Source of the DNA: an uncultured Thermoleophilia bacterium
Lineage (GTDB): Bacteria; Actinomycetota; Thermoleophilia; Gaiellales; Gaiellaceae
Direction: 5' to 3'
DNA: 64,000 nt
Assembly: GCA_963817765.1 (NCBI GenBank)
Contig: CAWFPX010000010.1
Location: forward strand, 60,494 to 124,493
The position numbers were made by a program, and so were the translations under genes. Positions 14,518 through 23,585 of this stretch are shown piece by piece. The first letter of the stretch is position 1. Each line of letters starts with the position of its first letter. Below the pieces are notes generated by a model. The model worked only from the letters and a program-made list of their open reading frames with translations. It was not told the origin of the DNA and did no database searches.

Positions 14518-15615
14518 ATGAAAGCCCTCGTCTATCACGGCCCCGGCGAACGAGCCTGGGAAGAAGTCCCGGATCCGAAGATCCTGGATCCGACCGACGC
14601 GATCGTCCGGATCGACGCAGCGACGATCTGCGGCACGGATCTGCACATCCTGAAGGGCGACGTCCCGGAGACGACCCCGGGAACGATCCTCGGCCACGAG
14701 GCCGTCGGCACGATCATCGAGGTCGGCGCCGCAGTGACCACGGTGGTGCCCGGCGATCGTGTGCTGGTCTCGTGCATCACGTCGTGCGGCCGCTGTCAGT
14801 TCTGCAAGGACGGTCGTTACGGGCTCTGCACCGGCGGCGGCGGCTGGATCTTCGGCCACACGATCGACGGCCTGCAGGCCGAGTTCGCGCGAGTGCCGTT
14901 CGCCGACACCTCGGTGTACAAGGTCCCGGAGGACCTCTCCGACGAGGACGTGCTCTTCCTCGCGGACATCCTCCCGACCGCGTTCGAGGTCGGCGTCATG
15001 AACGGCGGCATCCAGCCGGGCGACACCGTCGCAATCGTCGGTGCCGGGCCGATCGGGCTCGCCACGATCATGACGGCGAAGCTGTTCACGCCGGGTCACA
15101 TCGTCGCGATCGATCTGGCTGACACGCGGCTCGAGAAGGCGCTCGAGTTCGGTGCCGACTCGACGATCAACAACAGCCGCGAGGACGCAATTGCCCGCAT
15201 CATGGAGTTGACCGAAGGCCTGGGCGTCGATGTCGCCGTCGAGGCGGTCGGCGTGCCCGACACCTTCGAGCTCTGCGCGGCGATCGTCCGCCCAGGCGGG
15301 CACGTGGCGAACGTCGGAGTCCACGGGCACCCCGTCACGCTGCATCTCGAGACGCTGTGGATCAAAGGCGTCACGATCACGACTGGGCTCGTCGACACCA
15401 AGACGACGCCCCAGCTGCTGAGGCTGATCCAGGAGCGGAGGCTCGATCCGTCGCTCTTTGCGACGCATCGGTTCTCGCTGGCCGACACGGAGCTCGCGTA
15501 CGACACGTTCGCGGCCGCCGCGGAGACCCACGCGCTCAAGGTCGTCCTGACCGCCGAGCCGGTGCCGGCACTGCCGGCGCACGAAGAGGCGCCGGAGGTC
15601 GTCGGCGCTCGCTGA
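14518..15615 (+). CDS. Zn-dependent alcohol dehydrogenase (MDR family)
   Basis: GHEAVG, structural-zinc cysteines CITSCGRCQFCKDGRYGLC and GAGPIGL. ATG at 14518 is in frame with ORF 14065.., RBS AAGGGAGG. Intact. Confidence 0.85.
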   Translation: MKALVYHGPGERAWEEVPDPKILDPTDAIVRIDAATICGTDLHILKGDVPETTPGTILGHEAVGTIIEVGAAVTTVVPGDRVLVSCITSCGRCQFCKDGRYGLCTGGGGWIFGHTIDGLQAEFARVPFADTSVYKVPEDLSDEDVLFLADILPTAFEVGVMNGGIQPGDTVAIVGAGPIGLATIMTAKLFTPGHIVAIDLADTRLEKALEFGADSTINNSREDAIARIMELTEGLGVDVAVEAVGVPDTFELCAAIVRPGGHVANVGVHGHPVTLHLETLWIKGVTITTGLVDTKTTPQLLRLIQERRLDPSLFATHRFSLADTELAYDTFAAAAETHALKVVLTAEPVPALPAHEEAPEVVGAR

Positions 15616-15636
15616 ACGGCGGCGACGCTGCGATTG

Positions 15637-15666
15637 GGGTTGGGGGCGCCGCGGCGCCCCCAACCC
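15637..15666. terminator. bidirectional GC hairpin between convergent adh and HAD genes
   Basis: gggttgggggcgcc/ggcgcccccaaccc inverted repeat (14 bp arms). Confidence 0.55.
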
Positions 15667-15765
15667 GTTGTCGTTCGATCCGTGGATTCTCCGGTCGGCT
15701 CATCGGCGAAAGCCCCGATGTCACCGCGAGCGGATGCCGCGACACTCGTCTCTGGCGAGGTGCCT

Positions 15766-16890
15766 TCAGCGAGCGGTTGTGCGTCGAAGATCGAGCAGGT
15801 CCTGCAAGCTCGAAGCGGCGATCTCGGCGCCCTGCCGGCGAAGTACCCCGTGCGCCGACGGCGGCGCGATCGCGACCACGAACGCGAAACCCGCGGATTG
15901 TGCTGCCGTGACGCCTGCGGCGGTCGTCTCGAACGCGGCCGACCGGGCGGGCTCGACCTCGAGGTGCCGGCAGGCGGCGAGGAGCACGTCGGGCGCGGGC
16001 TTGCTCCGCAGCCGTTCCCTCACCATCACGTTGCCGTCGATCGACTCGTCGACGAGCTCGGCGATGCCCGAGCGGGCGAGCATGATGCCGTTGCTGGCGC
16101 TGGCCGAGACCACTCCGATGCCGAGCCCGGCGGTGCGCGCGAGGCGCAGATAACGGCGCGAGCCCGCGAACGCTTTGATGTGTCGCTCGCGCAGCAGCCG
16201 CTCGAGCACCTCGCGCTTGCGGTTCGCGAGGCCGTTCACCGTTTCGCTTCCGGCGAGGTCGCGGCGATCGCCTTCGGGCAGACGGATCCCGCGGCTCGCG
16301 AGAAACGCTCGCACGCCCTCGAGGCGCAGCTTGCCGTCGATGAGCTCCGAGTAGTCGCCGCGGGGATCGAACTGGGCGAACCGGCCACCAGCGCGCTCGC
16401 TGCGCCGCCTCAGGAGCTCGTCGAACGTCTCCTTCCAGGCTTCGACGTGGACCGCGGCGCTCTCGTCGAGGACGCCTTCGGAGTCGAAGATGCAGGCGCG
16501 GACACCCGGCGGCAACCCGAGGAGGCGGGGAATGTTCGACGTCGGCACCTGCAGGTCGGAGAACCAGCCGTCGATCCCGCGGTCTCGGGCGAGCGACTCG
16601 AGTGCGAGCCCTGCCGAGGTGCGCTCGCTGCTGAGAGCCGCGGCGCGTCCCCGCAGCGCCTCCGTGGATAGGAACGAGGCCGTCGCGTGAAGCGCCGTCT
16701 CCGCCTGATCCAGCGCTGTGCGCCACGTCGCACTAAGGTGGTCGAGGTCGTCCTCGCCCACAGACGTACTCACGCCGGACGCGCCGGCCGGCTCAGGCCG
16801 AAACGTCGAAGGCGCTGCTGCGTGCGTCTGCTTTCGGCTGCGCGCGGCGATTGTGCGCCCGGGACGGGAGGGGCGAGCTCGCGTGGTCAT
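15766..16890 (-). CDS. HAD-superfamily hydrolase (beta-phosphoglucomutase-like) with ~130-aa N-terminal extension
   Basis: CIFDSEGVLDES (motif I), later GVVSASASN and KPAPD. Start taken at the third Met of ORF 15766..17124, so that it lies downstream of ackA. Confidence 0.6.
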   Translation of the reverse strand: MTTRARPSRPGRTIAARSRKQTHAAAPSTFRPEPAGASGVSTSVGEDDLDHLSATWRTALDQAETALHATASFLSTEALRGRAAALSSERTSAGLALESLARDRGIDGWFSDLQVPTSNIPRLLGLPPGVRACIFDSEGVLDESAAVHVEAWKETFDELLRRRSERAGGRFAQFDPRGDYSELIDGKLRLEGVRAFLASRGIRLPEGDRRDLAGSETVNGLANRKREVLERLLRERHIKAFAGSRRYLRLARTAGLGIGVVSASASNGIMLARSGIAELVDESIDGNVMVRERLRSKPAPDVLLAACRHLEVEPARSAAFETTAAGVTAAQSAGFAFVVAIAPPSAHGVLRRQGAEIAASSLQDLLDLRRTTAR

Positions 16891-16972
16891 CGCCCACTGA
16901 GTCTCGGTGCCGGCCAAGCCTGTGGCGTCGGGGAAGACCGTGGTCGTTCGCTGTGGGAAACCCGCAACGCGC

Positions 16973-17989
16973 TCAGATGAGGCTGCGGACGGCCCGCGCG
17001 ACGACGGCATCCTCGCGCGCCGGGACGACGTGGACGGCGATGGGCGAGGTCGCCGCCGAGATCTCGGCCTGGCCGTGCGCACCCTCGTTCGCCGCTTCGT
17101 CGAGCGCGACACCGAGAAAGGCAAGACGCTCGCAGACGTCGGCGCGTACGTGAGCGGCGTGCTCGCCTATGCCGGCCGTAAAGACGAGCGCGTCGAGACC
17201 GCCGAGGGCGGTCGCCATGCTCGCGACCGCCTGGGCGACGCGGTAGGCGTAGAGCTCGAGTGCGAGCCGCGCTGCGGGAGAGCCGCTCGCCTCGAGTGCT
17301 GCCACATCGGCGGTGCCTGCGAGCGCAAGCAGGCCGGACTCGTGCTCGAGTGCCCGATCGACCTCCTCCACTGAGACGCCGTGCCGGAGCAGGTAGAGCA
17401 GGGCGCCTGGGTCGATCGACCCGGCCCGCGTCGCCATCGGGACACCTTCCAGCGGCGTGAAGCCCATCGTGGTGTCGATCGACGAGCCCGCCTTGACCGC
17501 GGTGACCGACGAGCCGCCGCCGAGATGGCAGACAACGAGTCGCTCGACCTGGACGCGCTCGGAGGCCCACTGGACAGACAGCCCGTGGAAGCCGAACCGG
17601 TGGATGCCGCGGGCGCGGAACCGCTCCGGTAAGGCGTACGTCCTCGCGACCTCGGGCAGAGTCCGATGGAACGCCGTGTCGAAGACCGCAACATGCGACG
17701 TGTCCGGGTAGAGATCGCGTGCCTCCCTGATCGCGTCGAGCGAAGCGCGGTTGTGGATCGGGGCAAGCTCGACCAGGGTCTCGAGACCTGCGACCACTGA
17801 TTCGTCGATCACGACCGGGTCGCCGAACCGGTCGCCGCCGTGGACGACTCGGTGTCCGATCGCGGCAACAGCGGGAACGCCCTCAAGCGAGGCGACCGGC
17901 CGGGATTCGTCGTCCGGGCCGACCACGCTCAGCTTGAGGCTCGTCGATCCCGCGTTGACGACGAGCACGTCGTCAGTCAGTAGGGCCAC
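16973..17989 (-). CDS. ackA: acetate kinase
   Basis: [34 protein letters not shown] and [11 protein letters not shown] at 17989 overlaps the xfp stop; an alternative GTG is at 17968. Confidence 0.85.
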   Translation of the reverse strand: MALLTDDVLVVNAGSTSLKLSVVGPDDESRPVASLEGVPAVAAIGHRVVHGGDRFGDPVVIDESVVAGLETLVELAPIHNRASLDAIREARDLYPDTSHVAVFDTAFHRTLPEVARTYALPERFRARGIHRFGFHGLSVQWASERVQVERLVVCHLGGGSSVTAVKAGSSIDTTMGFTPLEGVPMATRAGSIDPGALLYLLRHGVSVEEVDRALEHESGLLALAGTADVAALEASGSPAARLALELYAYRVAQAVASMATALGGLDALVFTAGIGEHAAHVRADVCERLAFLGVALDEAANEGAHGQAEISAATSPIAVHVVPAREDAVVARAVRSLI

Positions 17990-20349
17990 GACCAGTCGCG
18001 GATCTCTGGATCGTCGTCGCCGCGCTCGCGTGTGTACGCGCGTGCCGCGAGTCGCCGCTCGACCATGTGCTGACGCAGATGCGCCGCCCGGTCGGCGAGG
18101 TGGGGGACCCGATCGACGACATCAATGACCAGGTGGAAGCGGTCGAGGTCGTTCAGCATCACCATGTCGAACGGTGTCGTCGTCGTTCCCTCTTCCTTGA
18201 ACCCGCGCACGTGCAGGTTGTGGTGATTCGTCCTGCGGTAGGTGAGCCGGTGAATCAGCCACGGGTAGCCGTGGTAGGCGAACACGATGGGTCTTGATGC
18301 GGTGAACAGCGAGTCGAACTCGGCGTCGGACATTCCATGTGGATGCTCGGTGTCCGGCTGGAGCCGCATCAGGTCGACGACGTTCACGACGCGAACCTTC
18401 AATTCCGGGAGGTGCTCGCGGAGCAGCGCCACGGCGGCGAGCGTCTCGAGTGTCGGGACGTCGCCGCAACAGCCCATGACGACGTCCGGTTCACCGCCCT
18501 CGTCCGACGAAGCCCAGTCCCAAATGCCCAGGCCGCGCGTGCAGTGGATGATCGCCTCGTCGATCGTGAGGTAGTCGAGCGCCGGCTGCTTGCCGGCGAC
18601 GATGACGTTGACGTAGTTGCGTGAGCGGAGGCAGTGGTCGGCAACCGATAGCAGTGTGTTCGCATCCGGAGGCAGATAGACGCGGATCACCTCAGCCTTC
18701 TTGTTCACGACGTGGTCGATGAAGCCGGGATCCTGGTGGGAGAAGCCGTTGTGGTCCTGCCGCCAGACGTGCGACGAGAGGACATAGTTGAGTGAGGCGA
18801 CGGGCCTGCGCCACGGAATCTGCCGGGTCACCTTCAGCCACTTGGCGTGCTGGTTGAACATCGAGTCGACGATGTGGATGAACGCCTCGTAGCAGTTGAA
18901 GAGCCCGTGGCGGCCGGTGAGCAGGTAGCCCTCCAGCCAGCCCTGGCATTGGTGCTCGGAGAGCACTTCCATGACGCGCCCGTCGGCTGCGAGACCTTCG
19001 TCGGTCGGCTCGCGCTGGGCGTCCCACGCGCGGCCTGTCACCTCGAAGACGTCACCGAGGCGGTTCGACGCCGTCTCGTCGGGACCGAACAAACGGAAGT
19101 TCGTGCGGTTGGCCGCGATCACATCGCGGAGAAACGCGCCGAGCACGCGGGTTGCCTCGCTCGAGCTCACTCCGGGCCGCTCGACCGTCGTCGCGTAGTC
19201 GCGGAAGTCGGGCAGCACGAGGTCGTGGAGCAACGCGCCGCCGTTTGCATGCGGGTTTGCGCTCATTCGGCGATCGCCCGACGGCGCCAGCGCCTGCAGC
19301 GCGGGGAGGAGCCGACCCTGCTCGTCGAAGAGCTCGTCGGGCCGGTAGCTGCGCAGCCATTTCTCGAGGATCGCGCGGTGGCCGGGGTTCTCGCGCGCTG
19401 CTCCCACGGGCACCTGATGCGACCGCCATGTCCCTTCGACCTGCACTCCGTCGACCTCTCGCGGCCCGGTCCAGCCCTTCGGGGTCTCGAGGATCAGCAT
19501 CGGCCACGTCGGGCGCTCGGTGCTCTCGCCGCTGCGCGCCGCCGCCTGGATGGCGCGGATCTCGTCGAGCGACTCGTCGAGCGCGCCCGCGAAGCGCTGA
19601 TGCGCGTGAGTGGGCGGCTCACCCAGCTCGCTCCGCACGATCCGCGGTCGCCAGCCATACCCTTCGAACAGCGAGATCAACTCGTGCTCCGGGATTCGCG
19701 CCAACACGGTCGGGTTCGCGATCTTGTACCCGTTCAGGTGCAGGATCGGCATGACAGCTCCGTCGGTTACGGGATTCAGGAACTTGTTCGAGTGCCAGCT
19801 CGTCGCCAGCGGCCCGGTCTCGGCTTCGCCGTCCCCGACAACGCACGCGACGAGCAGGTCGGGGTTGTCGAAGGCTGCGCCGAACGCATGCGAGAGCGCG
19901 TAGCCGAGCTCTCCGCCCTCGTGAATCGAGCCCGGCGTCTCGGGCGCGACGTGGGACGGGATCCCGCCGGGGAAGGAGAACTGGCGGAAGAGCTCACGCA
20001 GCCCCGCCTCGTCCTCGGAGATGTGCGGGTAGAGCTCGGAGTAGGTGCCTTCGAGGTAGGCGTTCGCGACCAGCCCCGGCCCACCGTGCCCCGGGCCGGT
20101 GATGTAGATCGCGGAGAGAGCCCGTGCCCTGATCGCGCGGTTCAAGTGCGCGTAGACGAAGTTCAGCCCCGGAGTGGTGCCGAAGTGGCCGAGCAGTCGC
20201 GGCTTCACGTCCTCTGCCTCGAGCGGTCGTCGGAGCAAGGGGTTGTCCAGGAGGTAGATCTGCCCGACCGAGAGGTAATTCGCGGCCCGCCAGTACGCGT
20301 CGATCAGCCCGAGCTCGTCGGGCGGGAGCGGCTGCTCCGCTGTGGTCAG
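17977..20349 (-). CDS. xfp: xylulose-5-P/fructose-6-P phosphoketolase (start codon unresolved)
   Basis: [11 protein letters not shown] and EGGELGY. The conserved N-terminus ([21 protein letters not shown]) lies 37 codons upstream of the track's TTG at 20238, with no ATG/GTG/TTG available there. Confidence 0.9.
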   Translation of the reverse strand: MTTAEQPLPPDELGLIDAYWRAANYLSVGQIYLLDNPLLRRPLEAEDVKPRLLGHFGTTPGLNFVYAHLNRAIRARALSAIYITGPGHGGPGLVANAYLEGTYSELYPHISEDEAGLRELFRQFSFPGGIPSHVAPETPGSIHEGGELGYALSHAFGAAFDNPDLLVACVVGDGEAETGPLATSWHSNKFLNPVTDGAVMPILHLNGYKIANPTVLARIPEHELISLFEGYGWRPRIVRSELGEPPTHAHQRFAGALDESLDEIRAIQAAARSGESTERPTWPMLILETPKGWTGPREVDGVQVEGTWRSHQVPVGAARENPGHRAILEKWLRSYRPDELFDEQGRLLPALQALAPSGDRRMSANPHANGGALLHDLVLPDFRDYATTVERPGVSSSEATRVLGAFLRDVIAANRTNFRLFGPDETASNRLGDVFEVTGRAWDAQREPTDEGLAADGRVMEVLSEHQCQGWLEGYLLTGRHGLFNCYEAFIHIVDSMFNQHAKWLKVTRQIPWRRPVASLNYVLSSHVWRQDHNGFSHQDPGFIDHVVNKKAEVIRVYLPPDANTLLSVADHCLRSRNYVNVIVAGKQPALDYLTIDEAIIHCTRGLGIWDWASSDEGGEPDVVMGCCGDVPTLETLAAVALLREHLPELKVRVVNVVDLMRLQPDTEHPHGMSDAEFDSLFTASRPIVFAYHGYPWLIHRLTYRRTNHHNLHVRGFKEEGTTTTPFDMVMLNDLDRFHLVIDVVDRVPHLADRAAHLRQHMVERRLAARAYTRERGDDDPEIRDWSWPY

Positions 20350-20702
20350 CGTCGTGCCTTCTCGAAGATCACGAGCACGCTCAGTTGCTCGTAGCCGACG
20401 AAGCCGTGCTGTGCGCCGGCCGGCACGAAGGTCGCTTCCCCCTCATGCAACTCCACGACCTTGCCCTCGACCTCGAGCGCGCCCTGCCCCTCGAGCACGA
20501 TGTAGACCTCGTCGTCGACATGGGGTTGCTGGTGGTCCGGTTCGGGAGCGACGAGGACGTAGACGCCGATCTCGAGCCCGGGCGAGGAGTGCACGATCTC
20601 ATAGCCGCCCTTCTCGGCCAGCCGGTTCTTGGCGCCGGCGATGTCGAAGGCGTGCGCTACTTGCAGCATCGCGCCCCGCGCCTGCTCACCTGGAGCGTCC
20701 AT
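20346..20702 (-). CDS. cupin-domain protein
   Basis: 118 aa, [27 protein letters not shown] beta-barrel pattern. RBS AAGGAGGTG. First gene of the xfp operon. Confidence 0.65.
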   Translation of the reverse strand: MDAPGEQARGAMLQVAHAFDIAGAKNRLAEKGGYEIVHSSPGLEIGVYVLVAPEPDHQQPHVDDEVYIVLEGQGALEVEGKVVELHEGEATFVPAGAQHGFVGYEQLSVLVIFEKARR

Positions 20703-20725
20703 TCGGCCCGCACCTCCTTGCTCGA

Positions 20726-20744
20726 CGATCGACTTAGTCGATCG
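20726..20744. promoter_or_regulatory. perfect 9-1-9 palindrome CGATCGACT-T-AGTCGATCG upstream of cupin-xfp-ackA-HAD
   Basis: Read directly from the sequence. Lies 24-42 nt upstream of the cupin start at 20702. Confidence 0.45.
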
Positions 20745-20767
20745 ATACTTGCAGGTCGGCGCAGAAA

Positions 20768-20797
20768 GGTGTGCGGCCGCCTGCGCGGCCGCACACC
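20768..20797 (-). terminator. 13-bp GC hairpin after the cupredoxin-like gene
   Basis: ggtgtgcggccgc-ctgc-gcggccgcacacc, 13 nt beyond the stop at 20810. Confidence 0.55.
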
Positions 20798-20809
20798 GTG
20801 AACGAGGTT

Positions 20810-21229
20810 TCAGCGGACAGTGACGGTCAGCGTGAGGACGTTGTCCTCACCCATCGTCTTGACGCCCTTCATGTAGTCCTCACCGGGCTTCGTCGTGAAG
20901 TGATACGTGCCGGCGTGGGGGAAGGTCACCTTGAGGGTCGCGCCCATGTGGCTCATCGTGTGCGAGCCGGAGAACACGACGGCGGAGCCACTCTTCTTGA
21001 TCAACTGGTGCGACATCACGTCGTTGTCGGTGAAGGTGATCGAGCCGCCGGTAGACAGCTTCAGAGCGGCATGCGGCGTGTAGGGGCCACTGCCGACCGA
21101 CCAGGCGTGACAGCCCATCATCTGGTGGCGGATCGTGACCGACGCGTGCCGCGGCGAGGCCGCGAGCGCACTGGTGGCGACGACAGCGCCAACGGCAAGT
21201 AGTGCGATGAGTGCGGCAACCGACTTCAT
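20810..21229 (-). CDS. secreted Met/His-rich cupredoxin-fold-like protein
   Basis: Signal peptide MKSVAALIALLAVGAVVATSALA, then MMGCHAW, VMSHQL, GSHTMSHMG and GTYHFTTKPGEDYMKG. Fold assignment is tentative. Confidence 0.4.
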   Translation of the reverse strand: MKSVAALIALLAVGAVVATSALAASPRHASVTIRHQMMGCHAWSVGSGPYTPHAALKLSTGGSITFTDNDVMSHQLIKKSGSAVVFSGSHTMSHMGATLKVTFPHAGTYHFTTKPGEDYMKGVKTMGEDNVLTLTVTVR

Positions 21230-21438
21230 GAGAGCTCCGTTTCGTCGAGAATCAATGTCAACTCGCAACCTGACACCGAACGGGCGCGGATGAATGGGCG
21301 GATTCGCTGAACCGATGGCCGTAGTTCGCCGCAGGTCGCCGGTGAGCGGGAGTGAGCCGCAAGAACTCGTAGAAACTCGCGGCCGGGGTCGGGGAACTCT
21401 CGGATGCGTCCGGTTCGCTTCCTGACGAAGCTCCGACC

Positions 21439-21645
21439 ATGCTCGACGAGGTACAGCTGACGGAACGGGAGCGGGTGGCAGCGGTGATGCTTGCGTACGG
21501 GCACACCAATCGCGAGGTCGCGCGCCAGTTGCGGGTGTCCGTCCGCACGGTTGAGTCGGAACGTGCTCGGGTCATGCGGAAGCTCGGTTTCCAGCAGCGG
21601 GCGCAGCTTGTGCGTTGGGCGCTCGAGCGCGGTCTTTTGCGCTAG
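21439..21645 (+). CDS. 68-aa GerE/LuxR-type HTH-only protein (copy 1)
   Basis: Whole length is one HTH domain (LTERERVAAVMLAYGHTNREVARQLRVSVRTVESERARVMRKLG). Its paralogue at 27994 differs by one residue. Confidence 0.75.
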   Translation: MLDEVQLTERERVAAVMLAYGHTNREVARQLRVSVRTVESERARVMRKLGFQQRAQLVRWALERGLLR

Positions 21646-21785
21646 ATGGCCGTCCCGACAAATGTGGGAAACCCGAAATGCGGTTCCGCACGCGCCACGA
21701 TGGCGCGGCGCAGCGCTGAGCCGAGACTCCTCGAAACGGTCGAAGGCGATGAGAGCGTCGGCCCTGAAGAGAAGGAGTAGGGAAC

Positions 21786-22454
21786 ATGCGTAAGTTTTTC
21801 GAAATCGGTGGGCTCGTCGCAGCCGTCGTCCTGATCGCCTTCGGTGTCGTGACGATCGCGATGGGCGTCAATGGACGTGACACGGTGGCTTCGTCGCTGA
21901 AGACCGAGCAGATCACCGGGACGCCTGACATGACGCCGGCCGGGATCACCGCCGCGGCGCAGAAGGCGAAGCTCGATCTGAGCAAGATCTCCATTCCGTC
22001 TTGCTCGGTGGCCAACGAGGCGGTCAACACCGGGGCGAAGGCACGTTGCTTCGCGCAGTACATGCAGATTCATGCGCTGGAGGCGACCGGCGGGTTCGTC
22101 TATGCGCAGATGGGTCAGTTCCAGGCGAAGCCCGGAACGCCGAAGGCCGAGTTGACGCCTGACGGTGCCACCTCGAACAAGGAGTTCGCGGTCCTTGATC
22201 CGAAGACGCAGCAGCCCGTCGCCAACGGCGCCCGCAACGTCTGGGTGACGGAGACGGCGCTGACGACGGCCCTGAACACCTCGTTCATGGCCTCGCAGCT
22301 CGGGCTCTTCGCGATCGTCGTCGGGTTCGCGCTTCTGCTCAGCGGGTTCGGCTTCGCGATCCTCGCGATCGGCGGAGCACTCCGCAACCCCGAGACCGCC
22401 CTGACCTGGTTCTCCCACAAGCCGGCGACACCGACCGCGATCAACCCGGCCTAA
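21786..22454 (+). CDS. bitopic membrane protein of unknown function (copy 1)
   Basis: N-terminal TM (IGGLVAAVVLIAFGVVTIAMGV), ~140-aa ectodomain with 2 Cys, C-terminal TM (LGLFAIVVGFALLLSGFGFAILAIGGAL). RBS AAGGAG 8 nt upstream. Confidence 0.7.
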   Translation: MRKFFEIGGLVAAVVLIAFGVVTIAMGVNGRDTVASSLKTEQITGTPDMTPAGITAAAQKAKLDLSKISIPSCSVANEAVNTGAKARCFAQYMQIHALEATGGFVYAQMGQFQAKPGTPKAELTPDGATSNKEFAVLDPKTQQPVANGARNVWVTETALTTALNTSFMASQLGLFAIVVGFALLLSGFGFAILAIGGALRNPETALTWFSHKPATPTAINPA

Positions 22455-22474
22455 ACCGCCAACCCCCAACCACC

Positions 22475-22510
22475 GCACGAAGAAGGCCGCTTGCGCGGCC
22501 TTCTTCGTGC
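22475..22510 (+). terminator. 16-bp perfect hairpin after the membrane-protein gene (copy 1)
   Basis: gcacgaagaaggccgc-ttgc-gcggccttcttcgtgc. Confidence 0.65.
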
Positions 22511-22564
22511 GTCAGCGTTGTCTCACCCGCCGTGCTCCCGTGGGCCCGGCGCGTTTGCTCACAC

Positions 22565-22745
22565 GGACATGGCCGGTGTCAGACACTGTTCGCTCGCCCT
22601 TCCAGCCACGTCCCGGGCCGCCACGTCCGGTGTCAGACACGCGCACGAAACGGTGACGACTCATCCAGAGGTGGCCACTCACGCGCTACGGAACGGCTTT
22701 GGGGCTGGGTTCAGCGCGCGGACATGGCCGGTGTCAGACACGCGC
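22565..22745. repeat. tandem non-coding repeat array (copy 1; one truncated unit)
   Basis: Core ggacatggccggtgtcagacac(gcgc) at 22565 and 22720, partial core at 22627-22644. The units are homologous to those at 29120-29349. Confidence 0.8.
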
Positions 22746-22897
22746 ACGAAACCGTGACCACACGCCCACGAACCACTGCCACTCGTCGACGGGTCAGCCA
22801 CCCGGCCAGCGCGGTGTTGCTTCGCCCCGGTCGGGCGGTGCCGAAACGGTCGGAGACCGGGCCAGCGGCGCGCGGGCCGGCTGTTCCTCCAGCAGGG

Positions 22898-23150
22898 CTA
22901 TTCCTCCAGCAAGCCCTGGGCGATCGCGTAGCGGACGAGCGCCGCACGGCTCGAGAGGTGGAGCTTCGTCATGATGTGGGCGCGGTGCAGGACGACCCGC
23001 GTTACGTGCGTGAGGTTCGCGGCCGGTGCGACGGGCTACGTCCTGAAGGAGGCGGCTGATGTGGAGGTCGTCGCTGCGGTGCGCGAGGTTGCGCGTGGCG
23101 GCCGCTACGTCCATCGGGAGCTCGGCGCGCGGCTGATCGCGGCCGAGGCT
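22898..23150. pseudogene. rearranged remnant of a NarL-type response regulator
   Basis: 22898-22988 encodes, on the minus strand, ..HRAHIMTKLHLSSRAALVRYAIAQGLLEE*. 22989-23150 encodes, on the plus strand, QDDPRYV..GATGYVLKEAADVEVVAAVREVARGGRYVH.ELGARLIAAEA. Both match the intact regulator at 29500-30157. Confidence 0.8.
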
Positions 23151-23201
23151 CCGTGCTGCCCAAGCCGAAGCTGCGGAAACTATGGTTAGGCCCGGCGGGG
23201 G

Positions 23202-23576
23202 TCAGATCGCGGCAGCGTCTGGATGGCAGGCGAAGATGCTCGGCCGCACCTCCACAAGGGTGCCCGCGAGTGCTGCCGTGCCGGCGCCGATCGGCGCCGA
23301 GACCGTGAGAACGCCGTCACGGACGCGGGCGTGGAGGTTCCGCATGTCCGCCTCGTCGGGAAGCTCGAACGAGCGCTTGAACACCTTGCTTCGCTCCATC
23401 AGCAGGTAGTGGCCGCTGTGCGCCACCGGGCGGCGGCCGCTGACCGTGACCGTGTGCCCCGATGCCTCGACATCGAGGACAGCGTGCTCGAGACCGGGCA
23501 CCTCGACTTCGAGGTGGATGCTCTCGCCGTCATCGATCACGTCGGCTAGCAGGTGGTCTGTCTCGTCGATCAGCAT
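23202..23576 (-). CDS. Hsp20/alpha-crystallin small heat-shock protein
   Basis: HLEVEVPG..VTVSG.R....HYLLMERSKVFKRSFELP...DGVLTVSAP pattern. Starts 9 nt after the USP stop. Confidence 0.8.
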   Translation of the reverse strand: MLIDETDHLLADVIDDGESIHLEVEVPGLEHAVLDVEASGHTVTVSGRRPVAHSGHYLLMERSKVFKRSFELPDEADMRNLHARVRDGVLTVSAPIGAGTAALAGTLVEVRPSIFACHPDAAAI

Positions 23577-23585
23577 GGCCGGTCC

